NCBI GenBank assembly: GCA_002269645.1
Contig: NIVC01000162.1
Coordinates: 62,001 to 126,000 of the forward strand
From: Macrostomum lignano
Lineage: Eukaryota
Reading direction: 5' to 3'
DNA: 64,000 bases
Each line of letters starts with the position of its first letter. The stretch's first letter is position 1. Position numbers and translations under genes: made by a program. Positions 23,161 through 56,990 of the stretch are shown here, piece after piece. The notes beneath the pieces were generated by a model. It saw only the letters and a program-made list of their open reading frames with translations, was not told the origin of the DNA and did no database searches.

Positions 23161-26100
23161 TCACTTCCGCTTAGAGCTGGTGACGTTCCAATCGAATAAG
23201 GTGCCGCCGCTGCCGCGTGGACCGCCACGCTGGCCGCCGCGTGAGCCGCCACGCTGGCCGCCGCGCTGACCACCGGCTCTACCTGGCCTTCTCCCTGACT
23301 GCCGGCCCCGCTGACCGCCGCCGCCGCCTCCATCGCTGTCCGAGTCCTCGATAACCAAAGAGGCAGCAGAGGCGGCGGCCTTCGACTTTGAGCCACGGCC
23401 GCCACCGGCGCGATCTATTTTCAAGTCGCCGCCGTCGTCGTCAATTTCCTCTGCGTCGCTGTCAATACCGTCGAATATTAAGGAGGCCCGGCTAGAGGCG
23501 CCGCCGCGCTTCCGCTGACCGCCTCCGCCGCCGCGCCCGCCTCTGCTGCCGCGCCCGCCGCGGCTTCCTCGCCCACGGCTGGCCGGCGCCCGCGCCGTTT
23601 CGTTGTTGACGTCGCCGGCGTCGCTATCAGCGTCGCTTCCAATGCCGCCGCCTCCAGGCAGCTGGCTAAGCGTCCGGTTGACTTCTTCGCGACGCTCTGA
23701 CTCGCTTCGGCTGGCCATCAGGCGGCGAAAGTCGGCCAGGGCCCGGTCGAGGTCGGCCCCGGTGGCGCCGGAGCAGCCGCGCTCGGTCAGGAAGCTGAGC
23801 GCCCTGCCGCACTGGTGCTCGGCTATGCAGGCCATGGCGTCGCGACGGAAATTGTCCACGTAGGTGTGCACGGCCAGGCCCAGGCCCTCAGAGGTGAGCA
23901 CGCTCAGCTGGGCGCCGGACTGCTCAAGCCAGCGCCCGATCAGCTTGTCCAGGTTCACCGAGTCCAAGCTGGGATCGTCGCCAATGTGCGCGTCCGGTTG
24001 CGGCTCGTTACCGTCGCCATCGACGAAGGTGACTCGGCCGGCTTGGCCGAAGCCGCGGCCGGTTTGGCCTGGGTCACGTGACTGCAAGTTGGTATTGTTT
24101 GGCAGTTAGCTCAATTATTTCGGACAAAGGAATTTCGGTCAGGGGATAATTTCGGTCAAAGGGGATAATTTCGGTCAAGGGGATAATTTCGGTCAAGGGG
24201 ATAATTTCGGTCAAAGGGGATAATTTCGGTCAAGGGGATAATTTCGGTCAAGGGGATAATTTCGGTCAAAGGGGATAATTTCGGTCAAAGGGGATAATTT
24301 CGGTCAAGGGGATAATTTCGGTCAAAGGGGATAATTTCGGTCAAAGGGGATAATTTCGGTCAAGGGGATAATTTTGGTCAAAGGTGATAATTTCGGTCAA
24401 AGGGGATAATTTCGGTCAAGGGGATAATTTCGGTCAAAAAGGATAAATTTGGTCAAAGGGGATAATTTCAGTCAAAGGGGATAATTTCGGTCATGGGAGT
24501 CCCTACGAGTCTATCGGGACAGCGCGCTCGCTAACGGCACCTGCTGCAAGTTAAACAAAATTGGTCGCGGTTAGTACACTGTACACAGCCACAATACTTT
24601 GATAGCTCACCTTGCAGAACAGCAGCAAATCCCTGGGATTGGCCACTCTGCCAACGAATCGTTGGGCAAATTTCTGTCCACTGAAAGTCTCGTATCCGCC
24701 CGTGTAGTCGATGCGGAGTCGAACCAGCGGCAGCTCCGGCGCCTTCGGGCGGCGCTGCGACTCCGCCCGCTCGATTAGCAGCTCCACTTGGGCGGCAACC
24801 AGGGCCTGCGATCGAGGGAAAGAGGCATGGCGGCTGCGTTGCACTACTCATAATAGGATCGAATGCGTGCATTTTTGTGGAATTGAATAGCAGCTGTTGA
24901 GCTGGAACCTTACCTGACAGGGGAAGTGGGGATTAGTACAGCTGCTTTAAATCCCACCTGAGAACTGACTGGGGAAAAGTGGGGATTAGTACAGCTGCTT
25001 TGAATCCCACCTGAGAACTGACTGGGGAAAAGTGGGGATTAGTACAGCTGCTTTAAATCCCACCTGAGAACTGACTGGGGAAAATTGGGGATTAGCGCAG
25101 CTGCTTTGAATCCCACCTGAGAACTGACTGGGGAAAAGTGGGGATTAGCACAGCTGCTTTGAATCTCACCTGAGAACTGACTGGGTAAAAGTGGGGATTA
25201 GCGCAGCTGCTTTGAATCCCACCTGAGAACTGACTGGGGAAAATTGGGGATTAGCGCAGCTGCTTTGAATCCCACCTGAGAACTGACTGGGGAAAAGTGG
25301 GGATTAGCGCAGCTGCTTTGAATCCCACCTGAGAACTGACTGGGGAAAATTGGGGATTAGCACAGCTGCTTTAGTACATTAAATACAACTCAAAAAGCGA
25401 CAGTTAAGAAAGCAACACAACCTGCAGATCCTCGCTACTCGAGGTCACTGGCACCCTTCGCTCGGCCAGACAGAGCGTGTCGAACACGAACGGGCGCACG
25501 GAGTCGAGGGGTATTGGCTCGATGCGGAAGTCCCTGCCTTTGATGTACAACAGGCCGACTTGTTTCTGCACAGCCTCGCCCGGGCACAGCGAGGTGGCAA
25601 CGGAGCTGCCGGGCTGGGTGATGAAGACGCCAGTCTGGGCGTTCCGCTCCGGCACGATCCGGCACTCGTGCTCGTGGCCCCACATCACCAGGTCTATGAT
25701 GGGATTGATGAAACTCTCCGGCAGGTAATTTGTCTGGCCGTGCTTGCTGCGATTCTGCGGCCCCAACGGATAGTGGGGAATGCGTGAGCTTGCTACTGAC
25801 AGTAGCATAATTAGTGCATTGGCGCACATCTAAGATAGCTTAAATGTCATTAATTTGTGCGATTCCCGTCCATGACATGTGGACTAACCACAGTGTGTAC
25901 ATGTACACTGTATGACAATGGGAAGGTCAAGGCCCCTGTACACCCTGTGTGCGTGACCCCAGTAGCTAAACTAAACCTCACAGCACACAAACCTGGTGCA
26001 CCACCAAGAGGTTGAACCAAGAATCTTGATCCTCCTCGGGACTGAGCACAGTCACAGCCTGCTGAACAAAGAGGTCGTGCAATCGTTCATCCCGGATGTT

Positions 26101-27304
26101 GCCCAGGCCGTACAGAGCCAGCCTGGTGCTGCCTTTGGCCATGAGAATGGGAGACAGCTCCACCGTCTCCACATTGTCGTGCTTGCCAAACAGGTTGACC
26201 AGGCCGGCAGAGTCAAGGACATCGAGAGCGCTGAGGCCCTCCCTGCCGAGTGGATCGTCGTGATTGCCGTGGACGATGAACACCGGCACGCTGACGTTCA
26301 GGTTGGCGTCCTCGAAGTTGACTCCGCCGCAGTCGCCGGGGTCGCCGTCGGCGCTGGCAGCGGCGCGCTGCTGACGCCTGTGCTGAAAGTTCTGCGCCTG
26401 GTCACTGAGCACCTGGCGAGCGGGATCGATAATCCAGCCAATATGGATTGCTAATCTAGTGAATATGGATTGCTAATCTAGCCAATATGGATTGCTAATC
26501 TAGTGAATATGGATTGCTAATCTAGTGAATATGGATTGCTAATCTAGCCAATATGGATTGCTACTCTAGCCAATATGGATTGCTAATCCAGTGAATATGG
26601 ATTGCTAATCTAGCCAATATGGATTGCTAATCCAGTGAATATGGATTGCTAATCTAGCCAATATGAATTGCTAATCCAGTGAATATGGATTGCTAATCTA
26701 GCCAATATGGATTGCTAATCTAGCCAATATGGATTGCTAATCTAACCAATATGGATTGCTAATCTAGCCAATATGGATTGCTAATCTAGCCAATATGAAT
26801 TGCTAATCCAGTGAATATGGATTGCTAATCTAGCCAATATGGATTGCTAATCTAGCCAATATGAATTGCTAATCCAGTGAATATGAATTGCTAATCCAGT
26901 GAATATGGATTGCTAATCTAGCCAATATGGATTGCTAATCTAGCCAATATGGATTGCTAATCTAGCCAATATGAATTGCTAATCCAGTGAATATGGATTG
27001 CTAATCTATCAGAGCCGCTCACCTGGAACTGCACGGGCCTGTCGCCAAAGCAGTACTGCCGAATCAGTCTCACACAGGAGTGCATGGTGTAGGTGCTGGG
27101 GCAGTTCTCGTGGAACAGGTCGCCACCAAGCAGCAGGAAGTCCACTTCCTCTCTCTGAGCGATGGACAGAATCTCTTCTAGAGCATTAACAGAGTCCCGA
27201 TACCGCACGCCGTCCTTCTCCATGTAGCCTACATGGTTGTCAGTGGCCAGCAAGATTTTGAACATGTCAGAGCTATCAGCTAAGTCCATATTCGCTTCCG
27301 ACAT
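23161..27304 (-). CDS. MRE11: Double-strand break repair nuclease MRE11 (~716 aa)
   Basis: Exons (minus): 27304-27023, 26412-25993, 25754-25422, 24805-24611, 24081-23161; all GT-AG, phase 0, 2151 nt in total. Phosphoesterase motifs ATDNH, GGDLFH, HGNHDD, VVHQNR and WGHEH are intact, as are [18 protein letters not shown] and RFVGRVANP. There is a C-terminal RGG/GAR region. Confidence 0.97.
24118..24494. repeat. 21/22-bp tandem repeat GGGGATAATTTCGGTCAA(A), MRE11 intron 4
   Basis: Tandem units read directly. Confidence 0.94.
24915..25372. repeat. 53-bp tandem repeat with an internal inverted repeat, MRE11 intron 3
   Basis: Unit CCTGAGAACTGACTGGGGAAAAGTGGGGATTAGTACAGCTGCTTTGAATCCCA, ~8.5 copies. 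Confidence 0.94.
26431..27008. repeat. 22-bp tandem repeat AATATGGATTGCTAATCTAGCC filling MRE11 intron 1
   Basis: The array occupies nearly the whole 610-bp intron. Confidence 0.95.
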
Positions 27305-28388
27305 CTTGACAGATTAGCTGAAAAATTTAGTTTTTATGCCAGCACTTAAGACTAATCATGATATTCTCAAGAAATATTCATCAGGGAAACTATATTTTAG
27401 ATTTATGAACTGTACTTAGTCTATGGGTCATGAGCATTACTAGACTAGTCATTAATAGTGAAGGCCAATGATTTTGAGAACTGTTACTAGCACCTGGACA
27501 GACCCTTATTGGAGTGAATCTAAAATTGATTAAAAAGTGCATGGACAAACTTTGCTCCTAGATGCCTTAGCTGCACAAGATTATAACAACACATGTAGCA
27601 ACTAAGGGTAATCTTTAAGGGGTTGAAGCAAGCTTTTATATAATATAAATTTAAGCACTTCTCAATTTGAGGATTTTAAACATAATCAAGCGTGCAAAAT
27701 ATATCAGTTGGTTTCTTTATCCATATAGGATGCCATCCACATAGACTCCCTTCACTGAATTAGGGGTGCTAGATTAAGAATCTAGCTCATGGTTGTAAGT
27801 CAGATAAGAGAATAAAGGAGAGGCCATATAGGAAAAATATACCATTTTTGCAATTGGCTAATCACTGTTCAGATAGATCCCTTTGGCAGCATGGTGTGGT
27901 ATAGCAAAAAGGAGAAAATGAATGGTTTGTAGTAGAAGCACTTTATAAGCATAGAAAAGCTTCAAAGGAGCATTTTAGCCTATGATAGCTTCATAGCCTT
28001 CAAAAGAAGCTTCATAGCCCATGACATAGACTTAGATAAGATAGGTTCTATTACAGCTGAGCATACAAGCTAAGCTTCATATAGAAACCAAGCAAATATT
28101 CTCCAATAAGAGATGGTACAGCCTGCCACAGATGAAATATCTATGTAGCTTAGATGATTGTTGCATTTAAATTTATTCCAATAGAGAAGGAGAGAAGAGA
28201 AATAAATAAATAAAAAGAAGAGAGGAGAAGCAGATAAAAATAGTAAAGAAGAGAGGAGGGATAACAGGATAAAGAAAATAGAGATAAATAAAAATAAAGT
28301 TGAAAAAGAAAAGAGCTAATAAAAGACAAATATTTAAGTAAGACTAAATTGCTTTTACTAAGTTTCAAAGGACCTAAAAGCCATTTTT

Positions 28389-28533
28389 ACCCATTTTATG
28401 GCTAGGTAAACTGAAGTATTGTAGAGTTAAATGTCTTGCTCAAGGACACAAATTGTTCTAGTCCTAGTAGGATTATAAATTGAACCCTCAACCTTTAAGT
28501 TATAAGTCTTATTTTCTAACCACTAGGCTACTA
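28389..28533 (-). mobile_element. tRNA-derived CORE-SINE (MIR-like) relic
   Basis: The minus strand has A-box TAGCCTAGTGG, a degenerate B-box GGTTCAATTT, then TGTGTCCTTGAGCAAGACATTTAACTCTACAATACTTCAGTTTACCTAGCCATAAAATGGG. This aligns without gaps to the MIR core as I recall it (about 42/61 identical). Confidence 0.7.
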
Positions 28534-31500
28534 TGGGCGACAGGAGCTGGTGGCATTGGTGGGATGTCCCCCTAAGAAAATAAGTCCATATGGCACACAA
28601 TGCATTGTGCTCTCCTGCACTTTTTTGAGTTTCTAATATTTAAATGCTTATTAATTAGCTACACTTGTACTATTGGTAATTTTTTATGCTTTTTTTTCTG
28701 ATTTTAGGCCCTAATTAGCAGCTTATAGAGACACTGTGCTCCCATGCTCCATGCCTGGTGCTTCCGCTAAAATATTAGGCCCTGCTTCACCTATAGGCTA
28801 GGTACAACATATGTTTTGATTATGTTTCAATTATATTATAATATTTTAACAATGAACAATATTATAAATATAAAACCAATAGATCTGACAATGACAACAT
28901 ACTATTTAAATAGACCTAGAGGCTTTGCTTATTTTGCTTGAACTGTGAAAATATTTAATGACTATTTCAATTTTTTACTCTAATGTTGTTTTGAATTTGA
29001 GCCTAGCCAAAAATACTTCACAATACAATTATATGTTTTATAACAATACTTTATTTAAATACAGTGCTACATTTTCTTTCATTACACTTTAATAATAGTA
29101 GAGCTACATAATAGGCCCTATAAGCATTAAAAGATGGCCCTATGCCTATGCTATGCATTTTAATATCACTAAAAAGACTAAAAGTAGGCTTACTCATATT
29201 TAGGTAAAAAATTAAAACAAATAAACCAAAATTGGGCAGAACTTTAACTTATATTTGTTCAGTTTTGTGCTTGTAGTGCATTTTGGCTAGTGCTTTGAGC
29301 TTAAAATTCTATAAAATGGATCTGAGCTATACTTCATGTTATTTTTTAAATCACTGGCTAACTATCAACAAGCAGCTAGCTAACTTATATACGAAATACT
29401 TTATCATTCCATCGTATCTGTAATAGAGTAGGCCATAGTAGACTCCTGTTGTAGGATTCGAATTCTTGATAAAAAAATTAATAAGGACCCTCGGCCGTCC
29501 GCGCGATCCCGAGTCGTGACGGCGCACGTGCACGTAGATTTTAAACAGAAAACGAGCGTAATCGTGACTAACGACACACGAGCGCGCTTACGGAAAGACA
29601 GAATTGCGAGAGTAAATCCTTGGCAGCTGTTGCTAATCCACCTGCTTCTACTGCTTCCGCTTCTCAACTCCCTCTTGCTAACTGATATTTTAACTGTCTT
29701 TGCGGTACTTTTCTTTTTAAATCTAAGGCAAATCTAAGGCCTTCTAAGGCAGAGTTTTAATGAAATGGATCATTTTGACATTGGTGATCCCCAAAGCAGT
29801 TCGCAGGAGCCATATGCCCAGCTATTCGCGCATTTCTTCTAGGCGTCAGCGAGAGAACCTTAAAAAGGTTGCATTCTTCTCTGGGTAAGTGTTTCAGTAG
29901 CTTTCCATTCAGTAAAACACTTTTATTTTATGAGAGTTCCAATTTAACTAATAATTTAGATTTAGGCAATTGGGCCACTTGCCTAGTATACATGTACATG
30001 TAGCTGGCTCCTTCATTGACGCCAGTTTGTGTTTTGACCATATCGATCGTAACCGCGGCTCTGCAAAACCAGACCAGACAGAAGACCAAAAGACAGCCGA
30101 GAAAAACATGCATATATTACTTTTCTATTTAGAGCAGATCATGCAGCTAGCTGCCCATCCCAGCAGACCTGCACGCAAACCGGCCGGCTGCACATGTGCA
30201 ACCTTTAGATTCAGACAGGCAAGCTGGAATCAGTAAATCCAGCTCTGAGTATATAACCTCTGAGAATCGGACGGCCATCAGCCTCTCAAGGTAGCTTAAA
30301 GTATGGCCTTAACTCCATTTTATGAGACAATCTCGACGCGCGCACTAGCTCTAATTAAATTAACCAAAATCTACAGTTAGCTAAATATACATGGCATACA
30401 GGATACAATCACATCTGACACCTGTGTACGGTATTACGTAACGTACAGTACATGTAAATTTTGAGGGACAAAAAACGCTCACACCCGGGAGACAGACTTG
30501 TTAGCTACATGTGATATGCATCATGTGATCGAGACCTGCAGCTGTATATAGCAGATTAGGAAAGCAAACCATGCAGACAGCAATTTTATACATTTAGAGC
30601 TGCTGTGTGTAAATTAGCGGACTTAAGCTAGCATTAAAAAATGACACGTTCTCTTTTGATAATGCTGAACACAAAATGATTCTTTTTCTAGGTTTGTTTT
30701 TAATTAGATTTAATTTTAGACTGCACTAAATTCACAACGAAAACTAGCTTACATGCATGTACTACGCGGTAAACACAAGTACATGTACAGTACAAGTACC
30801 GTTATTTTTGGTAATTAGTGTAACAACAGATATAGTCGCATATTAATAAGCATTCGAATAACTACATAGATAAACTGCAAAACTATATGTCATTTAAACT
30901 GAGAAAATATATGCTATCTTTTCTTTAGCCTATCTAGAACAAAAAACTGCACAGGCCAATAAGTAAATAATTTTTTATACGTAAACAGATTTTTAACAAC
31001 TACTGAGCTAGGTACTACTAATAATAGTGTTCAGTGCAATTAGTTGATCAACACAGACTTGACAGATAAATGAGATAAAATTTCTCTGTTACGAACATTC
31101 TAAAAAGTAAAGCTATATTAAAGCAAATGTAAAAAATATTGTTAATTCTTAATTAACTGTCCGTGCAATAGTGTAGGTATACATTCACGCGTACAGTGGG
31201 ACTGGCCATAGACAGAATAAACAGCTAAAGTGATCAGAAAATATCAAGAGTAGCACATATACTTTGATATATCGACTCTAAATTTAAAACAACTAAAAAC
31301 TGGATAAAGTCTAGAAAATGATTATGCTTTGTTTTCGGATTAATTTCTGAAGAATATTTAATCAACAGCAATTGGCATGGAATAAAAGTGAATAGGGTTT
31401 TAGAGTGACTATAGGTTTAAGTTGCATTTAGCAATATGAAAATAGGTTAAAATAAGTTATAGTTTATATAAGCAGCAGAAATATTCATAATTCATAAGTA

Positions 31501-31857
31501 ATGGGCATAAGATGATTGCCACTAATTTTGCCAAGCAAAAACAACAAAAACACTTGAGACAAAATAAGATAACTAGATTTTATTAGCCTCGTAAAATATA
31601 GTGGTCATAGCCTACAATGAAGTATAAGCATTTGTTAAAAACTCACATGTTTCGGCGGCTTATCAAACTATGCTACTAATAGTAAGCTATAAGAGAAATT
31701 AACATTAAGCTTAACGGCTTTAAAGTTTGAAAACAAAAATTAATAGGTAAATGATAGGCGCCATCAATTATGAAGCTGCAACTCGAATCAAACCAACAAT
31801 ACAAGCTTTGCATCCGTGTGGCGAACTCCAGATTATTGCGGATAGTTAATTAATTCG

Positions 31858-52542
<20,685 letters not shown>

Positions 52543-52814
52543 GCTGATGGAGTCTGGCCGCTGATGCTCCGGGAGTTCGGGTGTGGTGGCAGGTAGGGAG
52601 AGATCAGACAGATGGCTGCTTTTGTCCACGCTCCTCTGGGCAGGAAGCTGGACCTCATTTAGTGATGAAGGAGGGACGCGGGCGGCAGCCAATGGCAGCG
52701 CAAGGGCTCAGGACCAGCAGGGCAGGGCGAGTAGCATTGCCCAGGCTGAGGTCCCGGACTCGAGTCTAGGGAGCAGCTGAATTGCATGTAGTGTGTTGTC
52801 AGTTTGGTTAACTC

Positions 52815-53632
52815 AGGGCGATTCTCACCGATGATTCACGGGCGATTTTCATTGATGATTCATGGCGATTCTTATTGATGATTCACGGCGATTCTCATCG
52901 ATGATTCACGGCGATTCTCATCGATGATTCATGGCGATTCTCATTGATGATTCACGCGATTCTCATTGATGATTCATGGCGATTCTCATTGATGATTCAT
53001 GGCGATTCTCATTGATGATTCATGGCGATTCTCACTGATGATTCACGGGCGATTCTCATTGATGATTCACGGCGATTCTCACTGATGATTCACGGGCGAT
53101 TCTCATTGATGATTCACGGCGATTCTTATTGATGATTCACGGCGATTCTCATCGATGATTCACGGCGATTCTCATCGATGATTCATGGCGATTCTCATTG
53201 ATGATTCACGCGATTCTCATTGATGATTCATGGCGATTCTCATTGATGATTCATGGCGATTCTCATTGATGATTCATGGCGATTCTCATTGATGATTCAT
53301 GGCGATTCTCACTGATGATTCACGGGCGATTCTCATTGATGATTCACGGGCGATTCTTATTGATGATTCACGGCGATTCTCATTGATGATTTATGGCGAT
53401 TCTTATTGATGATTCATAGCGATTCTCATTGATGATTTATGGCGATTCTCATTGATGATTCATGGCGATTCTCATTGATGATTCACGGCGATTCTCATTG
53501 ATGATTCACGGCGATTCTCATTGATGATTCACGGGCGATTCTCATTGATGATTCACGGGCGATTCTCATTGATGATTCACGGGCGATTCTCATTGATGAT
53601 TCACGGGCGATTCTCATTGATGATTCACGGGC
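52815..53632. repeat. ~22-24-bp tandem repeat GGCGATTCTCATTGATGATTCA(T/C)
   Basis: Tandem units read directly. Confidence 0.95.
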
Positions 53633-54107
53633 ACTTTGCACTTTAAAGTGACGACTCAATTTCAAAGCAGCAAAGCTCATCTCAGTAGAAGTGTCTCAAA
53701 GTCGGCTCTTTCGTCACAGGAAAAAAACGCCTCAGAAAAATCACCTCGGGCAGTACAAACGTACTTTCCTGAGCGTAATGATTAATTCCGAATGCCAGGA
53801 CAAACAAGATTAAAAGCGACACAGGGAATTAAAATCGGATAGAGCAGTCCTTAGACTCTCTGTGACCGGGGTTGGGCCAGTGAGACTGTCTGTTTGTTGC
53901 AGAAGGAATTTCCCGCTTGGCTGACTCCTGCCTGTCAGACTGGAATTGAGCTGCCCTGCCCCGCTACTCAAAGCTTTTTGACAGAAAGCCAAAAGGAAGG
54001 AGTTGATGGAAGGTTATGCAAAAATAGCCAGCATCATTCAATTGATGCTGAAGCAGAGTCAAATATTTGCATACCTTTATTCGTTATAAATTTGTAAACT
54101 CAGTACT

Positions 54108-54660
54108 ATCTGTTAGACACAGGTGCTTTCTGTTAGACACAGGTGCTTTCTGTTAGACACAGGTGCTTTCTGTTAGACACAGGTGCTTTCTGTTAGACAC
54201 AGGTGCTTTCTGTTAGACACAGGTGCTTTCTGTTAGACACAGGTGCTAGCTGTTAGACACAGGTGCTAGCTGTTAGACAAAGATGCTAGCTGTTAGACAC
54301 AGGTGCTTTCTGTTAGACACAGGTGCTAGCTGTTAGACAAAGGTGCTAGCTAGCTGTTAGACACCGGTGCTAGCTGTTAGACAAAGGTGCTAGCTGTTAG
54401 ACACAGATGCTAGCTGTTAGACAAAGATGCTAGCTGTTAGACACAGATGCTAGCTGTTAGACAAAGGTGCTAGCTGTTACACAAAGGTGCTAGCTGTTAG
54501 AAAAAGGTGCTAGCTAGCTGTTAGACACAGGTGCTAGCTGTTAGACACAGATGCTAGCTGTTAGACACAGATGCTAGCTGTTACACAAAGGTGCTAGCTA
54601 GCAGTTAGACACAGATGTCATCTGCTAGACTTGTTAGACACAAACAGATGGCTGTTAGAC
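54108..54660. repeat. 20-bp tandem repeat TGTTAGACACAGGTGCT(TTC/AGC)
   Basis: Tandem units with a variant gradient. Confidence 0.93.
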
Positions 54661-54664
54661 TTTG

Positions 54665-54812
54665 GTTTACCACACATTTCAATAAACGGGATGTTTACCG
54701 CACATTTTAATAAACGGGATGTTTACCGCACATTTTAATAAACGGGATGTTTACCGCACATTTTAATAAACGGGATGTTTACCGCACATTTCAATAAACA
54801 GGATGTTTACCT
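54665..54812. repeat. 28-bp tandem repeat GTTTACCGCACATTTTAATAAACGGGAT
   Basis: About 5 units. Confidence 0.9.
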
Positions 54813-55399
54813 TCTGTATCGGCCCTTAATCTTCACGTATTTCTGAAGAATTCCAATATGCCATTATGAGCTAAGACTGTCGAAAAGAAGCATTAATCCC
54901 AAGATGCTGATGATAACAGATCAGAGAGATTAAGCGGCAAAGCAAAAAAATACAATTAAAATGAGCCCCGAGCCACTTCAAAGACAGAGAGATGCATTCA
55001 TTGATCCAGCAATATGCAGAAATATGGGGCTATTATTTTACGCCTTCAAACGGGATCAGAGATTCGAAAATCCCTCCCAGAAAGCCCCTCCCCCCCCAGG
55101 CATTCGATCCGCGGCTCCACGGGGGCGAGGGGACACAAAGAAAATTCTGCTAACATAAATCCTCGCATAAAGATGCCAGACTGCCTCATATCAGTCTGGC
55201 AAAAGCAGGGCTCATATTGGCCGAAGGTATTATCAAAAACAATTTATGAATGGCTTCTCACAGTTGGCAGTAGGCAGCATCATTTCGATGATTTTTATTG
55301 ATGATTAGGTTGGAATACAGCGAGGTTAATGAGCTGCAGATACAGACAGTTTGACATTTGGGAGACTTACATGCAGACAGGATCAGGGATTTTAGACAC

Positions 55400-56005
55400 G
55401 CTTACATGCCAACAATCTGGAATGAAGGACAAGCTTACATGCCAACAATCTGGAATGAAGGACAGGCTAACATGCCAACAATCTGGAATGAAGGACAGGC
55501 TTACATGCCAACAATCTGGAATAAAGGACAGGCTTACATGCCAACAATGTGGAATGATCGAAGGACAGGCTTACATGCCAACAATGTGGAATGATCGAAG
55601 GACAGGCTTACATGCCAACAATCTGGAATAAAGGACAGGCTTACATGCCAACAATCTGGAATAAAGGACAGGCTTACATGCCAACAATCTGGAATAAAGG
55701 ACAGGCTTACATGCCAACAATCTGAAATGAAGGAAAAGCTTACATGCCAACAATCTGGAATGAAGGACAGGCTTACATGCCAACAATGTGGAATAAAGGA
55801 CAGGCTTACATGCCAACAATGTGGAATGATCGAGGGACTGGCTTACATGCCAACAATCTGGAATGAAGGACAGGCTTACATGCCAACAATCTGGAATAAA
55901 GGACAGGCTTACATGCCAACAATGTGGAATGATCGAGGGACTGGCTTACATGCCAACAATCTGGAATGAAGGACAGGCTTACATGCCAACAATCTGGAAT
56001 GAAGG
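55400..56005. repeat. 33-bp tandem repeat ACATGCCAACAATCTGGAATGAAGGACAGGCTT
   Basis: Tandem units read directly. Confidence 0.94.
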
Positions 56006-56565
56006 AAGTCTTACACACAGATAGACACGAAAAGCAACGCAATCCACAAAGTGCAAGCAGGATGACGAGGATTTTATCTCAAAACTGTAGCCAAATCCCA
56101 AGGCAGATCACTAAAAATCATCTAAACTTGTTGCATTTCGTCCCAAATGCTTTTAAGCTCTGCTAATTGATGTCGCCCCGAGAGTTGCTACAAATGATGG
56201 TCATACAGCTGAACCTTCGCTGATTGAATCGCGAAAGCTTATTGCGCTACTATAAGTAGTAATCATCTGATTTGTAAACTGTCGTTAATTTCCACTTGCT
56301 GCTTTTCTACTCGACGCGATCAAAGAAAAAATGACGAAGCAAAACCTCAAGCCGGCGATATTTCTTACAATTAAGTAAAGACTCGAAAAACTAAAAGATG
56401 ACAAAGTGTATTTTATTATCTTCAGAAAAAACTGTTTTTTATAATTTAGAGTAGCCGTAGAACATGTACTTGAACATTAGACAGTATGATGACTCTTAAC
56501 TTTTAAATCGTAATAAAATCGACAAAAATATTAATATCTATTGTGAATTGAAAATTGCTTAATTG

Positions 56566-56990
56566 TCTAATTAGAGGGGAATCTTTCCAACAGGTGATAC
56601 CAGTGCTAATTACAGGGGAATCTTTCCAACAGGTGATACCAGTGTCTAATTAGAGGGGAATCTTTCCAACAGGTGATACCAGTGTCTAATTAGAGGGGAA
56701 TCTTTCCAACAGGTGATACCAGTGTCTAATTAGAGGGGAATCTTTTCAACAGGTAACACCAGTGCTTAATTAGAGGGGAATCTTTCCAACAGGTGATACC
56801 AGTGTCTAATTAGAGGGGAATCTTTCCAACAGGTGATACCAGTGTCTAATTAGAGGGGAATCTTTCCAACAGGTGATACCAGTGTCTAATTAGAGGGGAA
56901 TCTTTCCAACAGGTGATACCAGTGTCTAATTAGAGGGAATCTTTTCAACAGGTGATACCACTTTTAAACTTTCTAATTAGAGGGGAAGAA
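56566..56990. repeat. 40-bp tandem repeat CTAATTAGAGGGGAATCTTTCCAACAGGTGATACCAGTGT
   Basis: About 10 units. Confidence 0.94.

Noticed and set aside
28537-28770. Possible MITE next to the CORE-SINE
   Set aside because: The putative TIRs match only weakly and no TSD is evident.
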